A DNA stretch of 64,000 nucleotides. Origin: a virus (lineage: Duplodnaviria; Caudoviricetes). Location: positions 64,001 through 128,000 of the IMG/VR virus record IMGVR_UViG_3300020048_000009, one strand, 5' to 3'. The position numbers and the translations under genes were made by a program. Under the pieces are notes generated by a model. That model was not told where the DNA came from and did no database searches. It saw only the letters and a list, made by a program, of their open reading frames with translations. Positions 55,868 through 64,000 of this stretch are shown here, piece by piece (positions within the stretch are counted from its first letter, which is position 1; every line of letters begins with the position of its first letter).

Positions 55868-56098
55868 GTATACTTTACTTTTACATTTTGGTATAATTAT
55901 TTATAAAGGAAAATTATGGAATATAAAATCATACAAAGCGATGATGTTGAAATTTTTAACACAAGGGTGGAGCATTTCTTAAAATTAGGATTTAAATTAT
56001 ATGGAAATCCTTTTGCTACCCTAGAAAAACGTTACCATACACATTTAACTAATGATGTTAGTTTATATAATCAGGCCGTGATTAAGGAATAATTAGAT

Positions 56099-56320
56099 AT
56101 GGTTAATAAACATGGTAATAAAATTTGCGGAGAAATGTTAACATTAGCTTTTTCTGCTGATAACGGTTCAGGACTTAAAGAAAAGTATGAAGCTTTTTAT
56201 TGCACACTACCGCCTGGACATCAGGGCAATCATGTTGCTGTAGGTGATGAACTATCTCCAGATGAATTAAAAGGTAAGGTTCTTAAAACTTGGGCTAAAG
56301 AAAAATTTAAAAAGAAATAA
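56099..56320 (+). CDS. Hypothetical protein (CxLPxGHxGxH)
   Basis: AAGGA RBS. Confidence 0.6.
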   Translation: MVNKHGNKICGEMLTLAFSADNGSGLKEKYEAFYCTLPPGHQGNHVAVGDELSPDELKGKVLKTWAKEKFKKK

Positions 56321-56423
56321 TATAGAAGATATTTATTTTTTGTATCTGCTGTAGATACAGTGTATTTTATATTGATAATATTATAAAATATATCTTTAAA
56401 TTAAATTTAAAGGAGATACGTAA

Positions 56424-56768
56424 GTGAGAATGTGGATGATTCCGGCCAAATATCTTTGCAATCGTCATATTTTAGGGGAACATGGTGAGATCCATAAACA
56501 TAAACATAATTTTGTTAAGGGTCATTCTATGGCAGGTAGAATTTCACCGATTGTTCAAATTGAACCTGCTTCAATGCAAAGTAGACATGATGAACTGGCT
56601 GCAGAAATGTTAAGTAGAGGATTAAATCATAAATCCCCATATGAACAACCTGATTTATCAAAGTATTCATTAGAAGTAATAAATGCAAAAGTGGATTTAG
56701 GTATTACTATACGTACATTACATGAACGTTGTGAAGGCTGTCGAAAAAAACTTGATCATGAAGAATAA
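56424..56768 (+). CDS. denV: Pyrimidine-dimer DNA glycosylase (endonuclease V-like)
   Basis: MRMW....LCNRHILGEHGEIH...RHDELAAEMLSRG..H. Confidence 0.75.
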   Translation: MRMWMIPAKYLCNRHILGEHGEIHKHKHNFVKGHSMAGRISPIVQIEPASMQSRHDELAAEMLSRGLNHKSPYEQPDLSKYSLEVINAKVDLGITIRTLHERCEGCRKKLDHEE

Positions 56769-56785
56769 TTTTTAAAGGAGATATT

Positions 56786-57148
56786 ATGTTAGAATTTTTT
56801 ATAGTTGCTGTTATTATATTTGTTGTTGTGTTTTTTATCGGTTTGTATTTTTTCTGTAAAAGAATTAAAAGGAAATATGAAACAAAAGAAGCAAATGATA
56901 CGTCTTTAAAGTTTTGTAAAGATTGTAAATTCTTTATGCCAGATACGACATGTAGGGGTGATTTAAGTATTAAATATGCTAAATGTAAAAGATCAATTAG
57001 AATAGGCTCAGATGATTCTAATTATTTTGTAACAGGTATAGCACCTGTTAATTCCAATTATACATGTTCTGTTGAAAGACAATTTGAATGTGGTAAAGAG
57101 GCTAAATTTTTTGAAAAAATAGAAAGTACTTATGAAAATAGAAAATAG
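56786..57148 (+). CDS. Membrane-anchored Cys-rich protein
   Basis: TM helix; CKDCKF..C..CG. Confidence 0.65.
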   Translation: MLEFFIVAVIIFVVVFFIGLYFFCKRIKRKYETKEANDTSLKFCKDCKFFMPDTTCRGDLSIKYAKCKRSIRIGSDDSNYFVTGIAPVNSNYTCSVERQFECGKEAKFFEKIESTYENRK

Positions 57149-57419
57149 AGATGAAGCGTTGGGCTTTTTTTCAAATAATGAATTAAAAGCAGAATTAAAA
57201 AGACGTGAAGATCTTGAAAGATTAGCGGCTATTCCAAAGCCAATAGAAAATCCTAATTTTTCAGAACTTGTAACTCAATGTAATACATATATAACAGAAC
57301 TTTCAGAAAGTATTTTCCCCATTGAAAGCGGCGATCATATACAATATATTTTTGAAGAAGCCATGAAAGCTGTATATGGTAAAAATGTATTTGAGTGGAT
57401 TAATGAAAAGTTAATGTAA
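57132..57419 (+). CDS. Hypothetical protein
   Basis: Coupled ORF. Confidence 0.65.
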   Translation: MKIENRDEALGFFSNNELKAELKRREDLERLAAIPKPIENPNFSELVTQCNTYITELSESIFPIESGDHIQYIFEEAMKAVYGKNVFEWINEKLM

Positions 57420-57971
57420 ATGATTAGAAATATTATATTTATAGATGTAGATGGTGTTTTAAATAATACTAAATGCCCTAATACTTGCACATATAGTTTT
57501 AAATTACAAAACTGTCCATGTAAACCTGAGTATGGAATTCAAGAAGTATTTAAAAATAGATTTATTAATTTAATAAAAGCCTGTCCGGAAAATACAGAAT
57601 TTGTTTTAATTTCTAGTTGGAGACTTCAAACTAGATTATTGAATACTTTTAAAGAAACCTTTAAAGAACTATCTAATAAGTATTGGGGATGTCTAGAGTT
57701 TACTTGGGATGAAGTACATAGAGAAACTTCTATATCTCAATGGATTGCTAAAAATATAGAAACATGGACAGACTATTTTATGGGTGGAGAACTTGTTTAT
57801 CCAACTGATAATAAATGTAATTATGTTGTTTTAGATGATCGAAAGTATAATTTAATAAATAGACATAATCCTAATATTAAAGGTTTAAAAATAGATGTTG
57901 TTTCTAATATCGGATTAAGTGATGAAGATTGTAATGCGGCTAAACTATTCTTAGAAGCAAATGCATCATAA
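57420..57971 (+). CDS. HAD-family phosphatase, RNA-repair (Swiss-Army-Knife) type
   Basis: IFIDVDGVLN, VLISSWR, YVVLDD, GLSDED. Confidence 0.78.
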   Translation: MIRNIIFIDVDGVLNNTKCPNTCTYSFKLQNCPCKPEYGIQEVFKNRFINLIKACPENTEFVLISSWRLQTRLLNTFKETFKELSNKYWGCLEFTWDEVHRETSISQWIAKNIETWTDYFMGGELVYPTDNKCNYVVLDDRKYNLINRHNPNIKGLKIDVVSNIGLSDEDCNAAKLFLEANAS

Positions 57972-58020
57972 TAAATGGTGTATTTATTTTACAACTTATA
58001 TTATATTAATAACATAACGT

Positions 58021-58326
58021 ATGAATAAATCAAATACAAATATGACTCTTTTAAAGTTTTTAGGATGGATTGAAATTCCTAAAAATTCAAATTATCATGA
58101 AGAGATTAAATTGGCGATGATGTTAGATCCGCATAGGAATTTAAAGGTTCCGCCTGATATTGAAAAGGATTTGAATGCTTTACATGATGTTGAAGTCTTA
58201 TTAAGCAAGGTTGATAATATTTTATATAATGTATATTGTAAAAAACTTACATATCTAAAAAAACCTATATTAAAAATTACAGTAAAGGATAGAGCTAAAA
58301 TTTTAGCAGAATTGATGCAAGGATAA
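58021..58326 (+). CDS. Hypothetical protein
   Basis: Promoter upstream. Confidence 0.6.
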   Translation: MNKSNTNMTLLKFLGWIEIPKNSNYHEEIKLAMMLDPHRNLKVPPDIEKDLNALHDVEVLLSKVDNILYNVYCKKLTYLKKPILKITVKDRAKILAELMQG

Positions 58327-58329
58327 AAT

Positions 58330-58989
58330 ATGAATAGATCAAATAAAGAATTTACATTTTTTTGGCGTGGTCCGTTTAGTCAATGGCATAAAGCCAATAT
58401 GACTATTAATAATGTCACATATTTTTGTGCTGAGCAATATATGATGGCAGCTAAGGCAAAAGTTTTTGAAGACTATGAGACTTTAAATAAAATTTTACAA
58501 TCAACCTCTCCTAAAGAAATTAAAGATCTTGGTAGAGTTGTTAAAAACTTTAAACAAGAGGTTTGGGATAAAGTTAAGTATTCCATTGTTTATACTGGAA
58601 ATTTCTATAAATTCATCCAGAATTATGATTTAAAAACATTGTTATTAAATACAGAAGATAGTACTTTAGTAGAAGCCAGTCCATATGATAAAGTTTGGGG
58701 TATTGGTATGTCTGAAGATGATCCCGATTGTTTAGATGTAAATAAGTGGAAGGGCGAGAACCTTTTAGGTAAAGCTATTACTAATGTTAGACAAACCATT
58801 AAAAAAGGTATTACGATTATACTTGATTATCAAAATAGCCCTACTCTTTTTGATATTGGTCGTACTAATGAAGAACATAAAGCTATAATTGATGAAAAAA
58901 CATGTACCCATAGATTTGATTTGAAGTATAAAGGTGATACTCCAAGTTGTAATAGATGTGAAATATGTGGATATACGGAGTGGTTTTAA
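58330..58989 (+). CDS. NADAR (YbiA/DUF1768) family protein
   Basis: FSQWH, AEQYMMAAKA..F.D, LVEASPYDKVWGIG, GENLLG. Confidence 0.9.
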   Translation: MNRSNKEFTFFWRGPFSQWHKANMTINNVTYFCAEQYMMAAKAKVFEDYETLNKILQSTSPKEIKDLGRVVKNFKQEVWDKVKYSIVYTGNFYKFIQNYDLKTLLLNTEDSTLVEASPYDKVWGIGMSEDDPDCLDVNKWKGENLLGKAITNVRQTIKKGITIILDYQNSPTLFDIGRTNEEHKAIIDEKTCTHRFDLKYKGDTPSCNRCEICGYTEWF

Positions 58990-59129
58990 TATGGGTATTC
59001 TAATAGGAATTGGTATTGGAATAATGGCACAACTGGTAGCAGTTGGTTTAGATTTATGTACAATACGAATTAGACTCACTGAAATACGAGATTTACTTAA
59101 AGAAAACAAATAAAAAAGGAAAAAATAAA

Positions 59130-59495
59130 ATGCTAATATCATTATTCGAATTACGTAAAAAAGTAAATGATCAATATGATTATCTTATTAAAACACAAGG
59201 TGACATAGCCAAGAATATTGAAAAGTGTTATGTTGCTAAAATTCAGGAAAAAGCTGCAAATAATTGGTTTTATAGAACATTTACTGATTATAACAATAAA
59301 ATTTATATGGCTTGTATTTATTGTAACTATTCTAAGGATACGCTCTATAAGAAAATAGATAAAATGAAAGCCCAAATAAATAAACTATATCAAGAGTTTT
59401 ATTATACAGGTAGCAACTATACGGATAAAGAGCAGAAGAAAATGTTTATTCGTTTAACAGATGAAGAAGCTGCTGTTTTAGATTATAAGGTATAA
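59130..59495 (+). CDS. Hypothetical protein
   Basis: AAGGA RBS. Confidence 0.6.
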   Translation: MLISLFELRKKVNDQYDYLIKTQGDIAKNIEKCYVAKIQEKAANNWFYRTFTDYNNKIYMACIYCNYSKDTLYKKIDKMKAQINKLYQEFYYTGSNYTDKEQKKMFIRLTDEEAAVLDYKV

Positions 59496-60482
59496 ATGAG
59501 TATTAAAGTATTATATACAGGTAGTTTTAATCCCTTCCATAATGGTCACCAATATGTTTATGATATTGCTTGTAAATGTTTTGGTAAAGAAAATGTATGG
59601 ATTGGGATTGGCCAAAACTCTGAAAAAGCTACATCTAATCTTAATAATTTAGCTTTTAGTGTTCGTCCTATTACTAAAAATATTATTACTTATACTGGTT
59701 TAACTGCAAAGGTTCTAAGAGAACATAATTTTGATTTAATTGTTAGAGGTGTTAGACCTGGTAGATCACTAGAAGATGAAAATGATTTACTATATTGGAA
59801 TCGTAAGTTAAGCGGCGGTATAGAGACTATACTTATTCCTACGCCACCAGAGGTCAACCAGATTTCATCTGGTGCCATTAGAATATTGGATGCTAATAAT
59901 GCAACAGTTCTTCCTTATATGAACGAAATAGTTTATTATCGTTGGAAGGATAATACAGATCCTTATGCTAAAAAAATTCCAGTATATTTTGGAAAATGTT
60001 GTTCTGGTAAATCTACACATTTAATGGACCATGTTGCTAGATCATGGGATAATATTGTTTTAGATATGGATAAAACTCTTTTAACCTATCATAATAGAGC
60101 AGACGATCCAAATTTTAATATGGCCGAATTAAAAGAAGATATTAAGAAAATTTTTTATTCTAAAAATGTAAAAGCATTTTATGAGGAAATTGTTGATTTG
60201 GGACATGATATAAATTGGGAAAAATTATTTGGTGTTATTACAGAAATAGAAAAAAATAACTGTAAACCTTTGTTTGATATGCCAAATATTGGTTCATATT
60301 ATAATTGTATTCCTAAAAAATTATTAGGTCGTTTTAAATTTGTTAAGGTTTCGACTTCAGAAGAAAATAGAAAATATTTTGCAGAGCTTAGAAAGGTTAA
60401 TCCGTTATTATTAGAATGTAATGATTTAATGTATGTGGATATGCCATTCTGGGATGAAGAAATAGTTATAGAAAGAAAGTAA
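59496..60482 (+). CDS. HIGH-family nucleotidyltransferase (CoaD/NadM-like) fused to a P-loop kinase-like domain
   Basis: YTGSFNPFHNGH, VRGVR, ISSGAIR; GKCCSGKST. Confidence 0.8.
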   Translation: MSIKVLYTGSFNPFHNGHQYVYDIACKCFGKENVWIGIGQNSEKATSNLNNLAFSVRPITKNIITYTGLTAKVLREHNFDLIVRGVRPGRSLEDENDLLYWNRKLSGGIETILIPTPPEVNQISSGAIRILDANNATVLPYMNEIVYYRWKDNTDPYAKKIPVYFGKCCSGKSTHLMDHVARSWDNIVLDMDKTLLTYHNRADDPNFNMAELKEDIKKIFYSKNVKAFYEEIVDLGHDINWEKLFGVITEIEKNNCKPLFDMPNIGSYYNCIPKKLLGRFKFVKVSTSEENRKYFAELRKVNPLLLECNDLMYVDMPFWDEEIVIERK

Positions 60483-60483
60483 T

Positions 60484-61521
60484 ATGAATTTACAAGAACT
60501 AAAAGATGATGCGGTAGATTTTGCTAAAGAACCTGATGAAAAAGTAAGAGAGTTGCTACTTGGTGGTGTTGAAAGAGGTGTGGCGATTGTTGAAAAATTA
60601 CTAAATTATATTAAGAATGATGGATATACTTTAGATAAATGTGGTCATTATTTAAGTGGTATTAACCCCAAAGATGATGAAGAGTTTATTTGTGCAATGG
60701 TTTATGGCGTAATGGGGGGATCGGACCGTGACTATAAAAATTTAGCAGATAATGATGTTGTTATATTTTCTAATATATATCAGTCTGCTTGTTGGAATTG
60801 TGCTGAGAGCGGGTTTTCATTAAAAGTAGATAAAATACAAAAAACAATATCATTGGTTTCATGTAATTATGATAGAACCGCCCCACTTGGTTCTTGTAAA
60901 AAAATAATTAAAGATACCGTATGTAAATATAAAGATGGTCGTCCACCATATAGTATTAGATTAAACATTTCATCGGGTGTAATGTTATTTGCTAATCATT
61001 TTAAACGTTTATTTGATTTTACAGAATTACCAGAATTTAAAGGTAGAGCATATTCTAATGAATTTTGTATTAATTATTTTGAAGGTAGAAAACGCAGTAC
61101 AGAAGAATATGCTAAATTAGGATTAGGCGAATTTAATATTGGTAACTGTGGATGTAATATGTATAAGAAATCTGATGAAGAGTTTTTCGTCGGATATGAT
61201 TATACAGAATATGACGATGATGAAGCAAATAATAAGCCTAATGTTTTTGATAATACTAAAGTTGTCGGAAATGTTTGTACAGACTTCTGGGGCTTTTGTG
61301 TTATAGATAAAGATACATATGAAGCCAAGGTAGGAAAAGACGATTTAACTAAAAGGAAAAAAGAGAATAATATAACATATCTTGATTCTAAAATATTAGA
61401 TGATACTATTAATGCTATTAAATGTACGCCTGGAATTTATGAATTTACTCATTACTATCATCTGTTAAAAGATGGTGATCCTAATGTTTATACAACAATT
61501 AAATTAGTGGAGAAAATTTAA
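60484..61521 (+). CDS. Hypothetical protein
   Basis: Long ORF. Confidence 0.75.
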   Translation: MNLQELKDDAVDFAKEPDEKVRELLLGGVERGVAIVEKLLNYIKNDGYTLDKCGHYLSGINPKDDEEFICAMVYGVMGGSDRDYKNLADNDVVIFSNIYQSACWNCAESGFSLKVDKIQKTISLVSCNYDRTAPLGSCKKIIKDTVCKYKDGRPPYSIRLNISSGVMLFANHFKRLFDFTELPEFKGRAYSNEFCINYFEGRKRSTEEYAKLGLGEFNIGNCGCNMYKKSDEEFFVGYDYTEYDDDEANNKPNVFDNTKVVGNVCTDFWGFCVIDKDTYEAKVGKDDLTKRKKENNITYLDSKILDDTINAIKCTPGIYEFTHYYHLLKDGDPNVYTTIKLVEKI

Positions 61522-61971
61522 ATGGATAATATAGTAAAAACAGATGCAGAAGCTTGGAATTTTCTAATTGAAATGGGCGGTGAATTTAGAATTCATACTA
61601 ATAGGGACGGATTAAGGGTTTATATTTGTATTTGTGATAGAAAATATAGTGGATATTGTAAAGCATTTGAATACCGATGGGATTTATCTAAACCAATAGA
61701 TAAAAATGCTTTAAGCGGAAGACCTGCATATATTAATAAGAAAGCTATTAAAGAACTTACTACAGGTTATAATGGAACACATACGGGTAAAACATTAACC
61801 GAGGCGGTTAATAAACATATTATTGATATGCCTGGAGATGTTCATATTAAAGCTGATGATGAATTAGATATTAAAGACTATTTATGTAAAGATAAATGTT
61901 GTGTTAGATGGACTTTAGAATTTAAAGGTTCTGAAGAAGAATTTAAAAAATTAAGTCTTACTGATGAATAA
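61522..61971 (+). CDS. Hypothetical protein
   Basis: Coupled ORF. Confidence 0.65.
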   Translation: MDNIVKTDAEAWNFLIEMGGEFRIHTNRDGLRVYICICDRKYSGYCKAFEYRWDLSKPIDKNALSGRPAYINKKAIKELTTGYNGTHTGKTLTEAVNKHIIDMPGDVHIKADDELDIKDYLCKDKCCVRWTLEFKGSEEEFKKLSLTDE

Positions 61972-62016
61972 TATAGTGTATTCTTTTTCATAATAAGAGT
62001 ATTATTGTTTTACTTT

Positions 62017-62217
62017 ATGAATGCAAGTGAAACAAAACATCGATATAAATTACTTAGAGCCCAAAAAAGAAGAGAAAAGAATAAGGTTCGTAATAATAGA
62101 ATTAAACCACGTTATCGTCGGTGTGATAATTGTGGTGGTTCAGAGCAATGGTGTTCTTGTTGTAAGATGTGGACCAAAACATGTTGTGTTGATTATGGGA
62201 CATGTATGTGTAGTTAA
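62017..62217 (+). CDS. Small basic Cys-rich protein
   Basis: CDNCG..WCSCC..CC..GTCMC. Confidence 0.6.
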   Translation: MNASETKHRYKLLRAQKRREKNKVRNNRIKPRYRRCDNCGGSEQWCSCCKMWTKTCCVDYGTCMCS

Positions 62218-62225
62218 TTTTTAAT

Positions 62226-62289
62226 GGGTATGTAACTCAATTGGTAGAGTCATTGTGTATTGCAGGTTCGACCCCTGTCATATCCATCA
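62226..62289 (+). ncRNA. tRNA-like RNA lacking the anticodon arm
   Basis: GGGTATG/CATATCC; ACTC-AATTGGTA-GAGT; GCAGG-TTCGACC-CCTGT; only 11 nt between D and T arms; ends ATCA. Confidence 0.65.
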
Positions 62290-62311
62290 ATTTAAATGAT
62301 TAGGAGAAAAT

Positions 62312-62560
62312 ATGAAAACCTTTGATCGTGTTGTAAGCTGTATTGTGGTTGTTATTTTTATAGCCCTTTTTGGGGTCTTTACCTATGTCCTTTTAACTAT
62401 GACAGCCCCTAAAAGGACTGTTGTTAATAATACATCATGTATTGAAAGTGAATATGATATTAAACCTTTTACATATAAGGGGCATACTTTATTAAAAATT
62501 TATAGAACAACTGATTATGCATTTGTACATGATCCTGATTGTATTAAATGTAAAAAATAA
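62312..62560 (+). CDS. Membrane-anchored HDPDC-domain protein
   Basis: TM helix; GHTL..VHDPDCIKC shared with 39617. Confidence 0.65.
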   Translation: MKTFDRVVSCIVVVIFIALFGVFTYVLLTMTAPKRTVVNNTSCIESEYDIKPFTYKGHTLLKIYRTTDYAFVHDPDCIKCKK

Positions 62561-62723
62561 AATAGGAAGGGATTAATATTATGTGGTGGGGATTAATTAG
62601 AGAAGGTGAATTGGTATCAACATTAAGATCTGGTTTTCGTCCTGTAACAACTGATTTTAATTTTCCTCTTTTTAGCGGTTTAAAATATAAAGTCGTAGAA
62701 GTACATATTACTTGGTAATTTTT

Positions 62724-63320
62724 ATGTCTAAAGAATTTAAAGTTGGCGATATAGTTTATTATAAAGCGGGTAGAATTGGTAATGGCAAATATGGATCTAT
62801 TGATTTTGGTCCAGATAATACCCTATGTGTACTCGATAATGAAGGTGCACCTGATATGGATGTTAAGGGCAACGAGGAATTATTAGAAGTTGTCGGAAAT
62901 ATCGATGACAATATCGATTTATTAAATGAGCACACATATCAAGATTCTCTGTATAGTATAGAAGATTTACGCCAAACATACATTGAATATCAAATTGATA
63001 TTAATACTAATTTCGATGACATTATAAAAGAGATGAAAGCTAATGCTCGCTTTTTAATTAGGCAAGAAGCTTTTGAAAATAAAGTATTAAAAACCGTTAA
63101 AAATATTTATCCTGACTATATTTATAGATGGAGAAATTCTGAAGATGGCGGTCGTCTTTTTGAAGTGTTTAATGTAGACGAAGAAAAAGTTAAGGAATGT
63201 GAAGAGGTTTGTCATAATGTAATAGATTTTAATGATTCAACACGTGAATTTGATTCTTTAATTCATGTTGTCAATAAAAAAATTACAGAAAGACATTATT
63301 CAAAAGTCTTAGAAAAATAA
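62724..63320 (+). CDS. YopX-like domain protein
   Basis: VGDIVY...LEVVGNIDDNIDLL. Confidence 0.6.
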   Translation: MSKEFKVGDIVYYKAGRIGNGKYGSIDFGPDNTLCVLDNEGAPDMDVKGNEELLEVVGNIDDNIDLLNEHTYQDSLYSIEDLRQTYIEYQIDINTNFDDIIKEMKANARFLIRQEAFENKVLKTVKNIYPDYIYRWRNSEDGGRLFEVFNVDEEKVKECEEVCHNVIDFNDSTREFDSLIHVVNKKITERHYSKVLEK

Positions 63321-63333
63321 AGGAAAATAATAT

Positions 63334-63600
63334 ATGAAGAGTGTTGACGAAATTATAGCATTATGGAAAGAAATGGGTATTTCTAACTTAGAAGATTATC
63401 GTAGAAATACCGCAAATAGAGCATGGTTTGATGATAATATAGAAAATTTTAAAAAATTTGATGCTAATATTATTGATTGTAAATTATTCTGGCAAGCGGC
63501 TAGAAATGAAAAAGCAAAATATACAAACGAAGTTGTTTGGCAAGTTTTAGTTAATATTAAAAAGAATAAGATTGCAAGCTGGATGAAGAAGAATCCCTAG
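63334..63600 (+). CDS. Hypothetical protein
   Basis: AAGGA RBS. Confidence 0.6.
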   Translation: MKSVDEIIALWKEMGISNLEDYRRNTANRAWFDDNIENFKKFDANIIDCKLFWQAARNEKAKYTNEVVWQVLVNIKKNKIASWMKKNP

Positions 63601-63608
63601 AAAAATAT

Positions 63609-63983
63609 ATGAATATACTTATTGATAGAGGTAATGAAAGTACGGCTAAATACAGTGTACACTTTTTACAGGAATTGGATCTGTATTGTACTATTTTAGA
63701 TTCTGAAAGAGTTTATATTTTTAAAAATAGAGGCTCTGCAGAACGTGGTGAGGTTGATTATTCGACCTTTTTGAAAGTTCTTAAAATATTTGATGAAACA
63801 TTATATATGAAATATTATATTCAAAAGCTTAGAGAAATTTCTGAGAAATATAATTGTACGATTATTACGGCAAAACAACAGCCATATGTTTCATATACTA
63901 CTGATACTTTTGTTAAAATGACAGCACCGAGATTTGTATGTATCGATTATGTAGATGTAATTACTCCTTCTAAGAACATATAA
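63609..63983 (+). CDS. Hypothetical protein
   Basis: Co-oriented ORF. Confidence 0.55.
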   Translation: MNILIDRGNESTAKYSVHFLQELDLYCTILDSERVYIFKNRGSAERGEVDYSTFLKVLKIFDETLYMKYYIQKLREISEKYNCTIITAKQQPYVSYTTDTFVKMTAPRFVCIDYVDVITPSKNI

Positions 63984-64000
63984 AATATGAAAACTGAGCT

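Noticed and set aside
63609-63983. DnaB-like helicase fragment (TIITAKQ, CIDYVDV)
   Set aside because: The motifs are in the wrong order, there is no Walker A, and the ORF is too short.
1-64000. Stop-codon reassignment (code 15 or 4), common in large phages
   Set aside because: Conserved genes (DUF932-like, SPFH, Rnl2, AAA, NADAR) are uninterrupted in code 11, TAG and TGA end coupled genes normally, and no clean CTA or TCA tRNA was found.
1-64000. CRISPR array
   Set aside because: No regularly spaced direct repeats were seen.

Overview
AT-rich segment of a large tailed-phage genome (jumbo-phage-like, T4-type late promoters). It has four parts. (1) 1-3.9 kb: mostly minus-strand genes, two behind late promoters. 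(2) 4-18.8 kb: early-type + strand genes, each behind a recurring non-canonical promoter GTGTAT/GTATAT-N17-18-TAnnnT; includes an M28 peptidase, a DUF932-like protein, an SHD1-like exported protein and an endonuclease. (3) 18.8-29.1 kb: an RNA island with 24 readable cloverleaf tRNAs, five free-standing endonuclease genes, boxA-like sites, two large structured RNAs and many non-canonical tRNA-like RNAs. (4) 29.2-64 kb: about 80 small accessory genes, including nine proteins sharing a C-terminal D(Y/E)DALIPxxLY motif, a four-member paralog family, a pilin-like protein, SPFH, dCMP deaminase, Rnl2-type RNA ligase, AAA ATPase, DenV-like glycosylase, RNA-repair HAD, NADAR and a nucleotidyltransferase-kinase. 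The best novelty candidates are a three-copy endonuclease-leader RNA with compensatory kissing-loop changes, the shared C-terminal peptide family, and the tRNA-scaffold RNAs. All calls were made by eye: protein families from motif recall and RNA folds from manual pairing. No searches were run.
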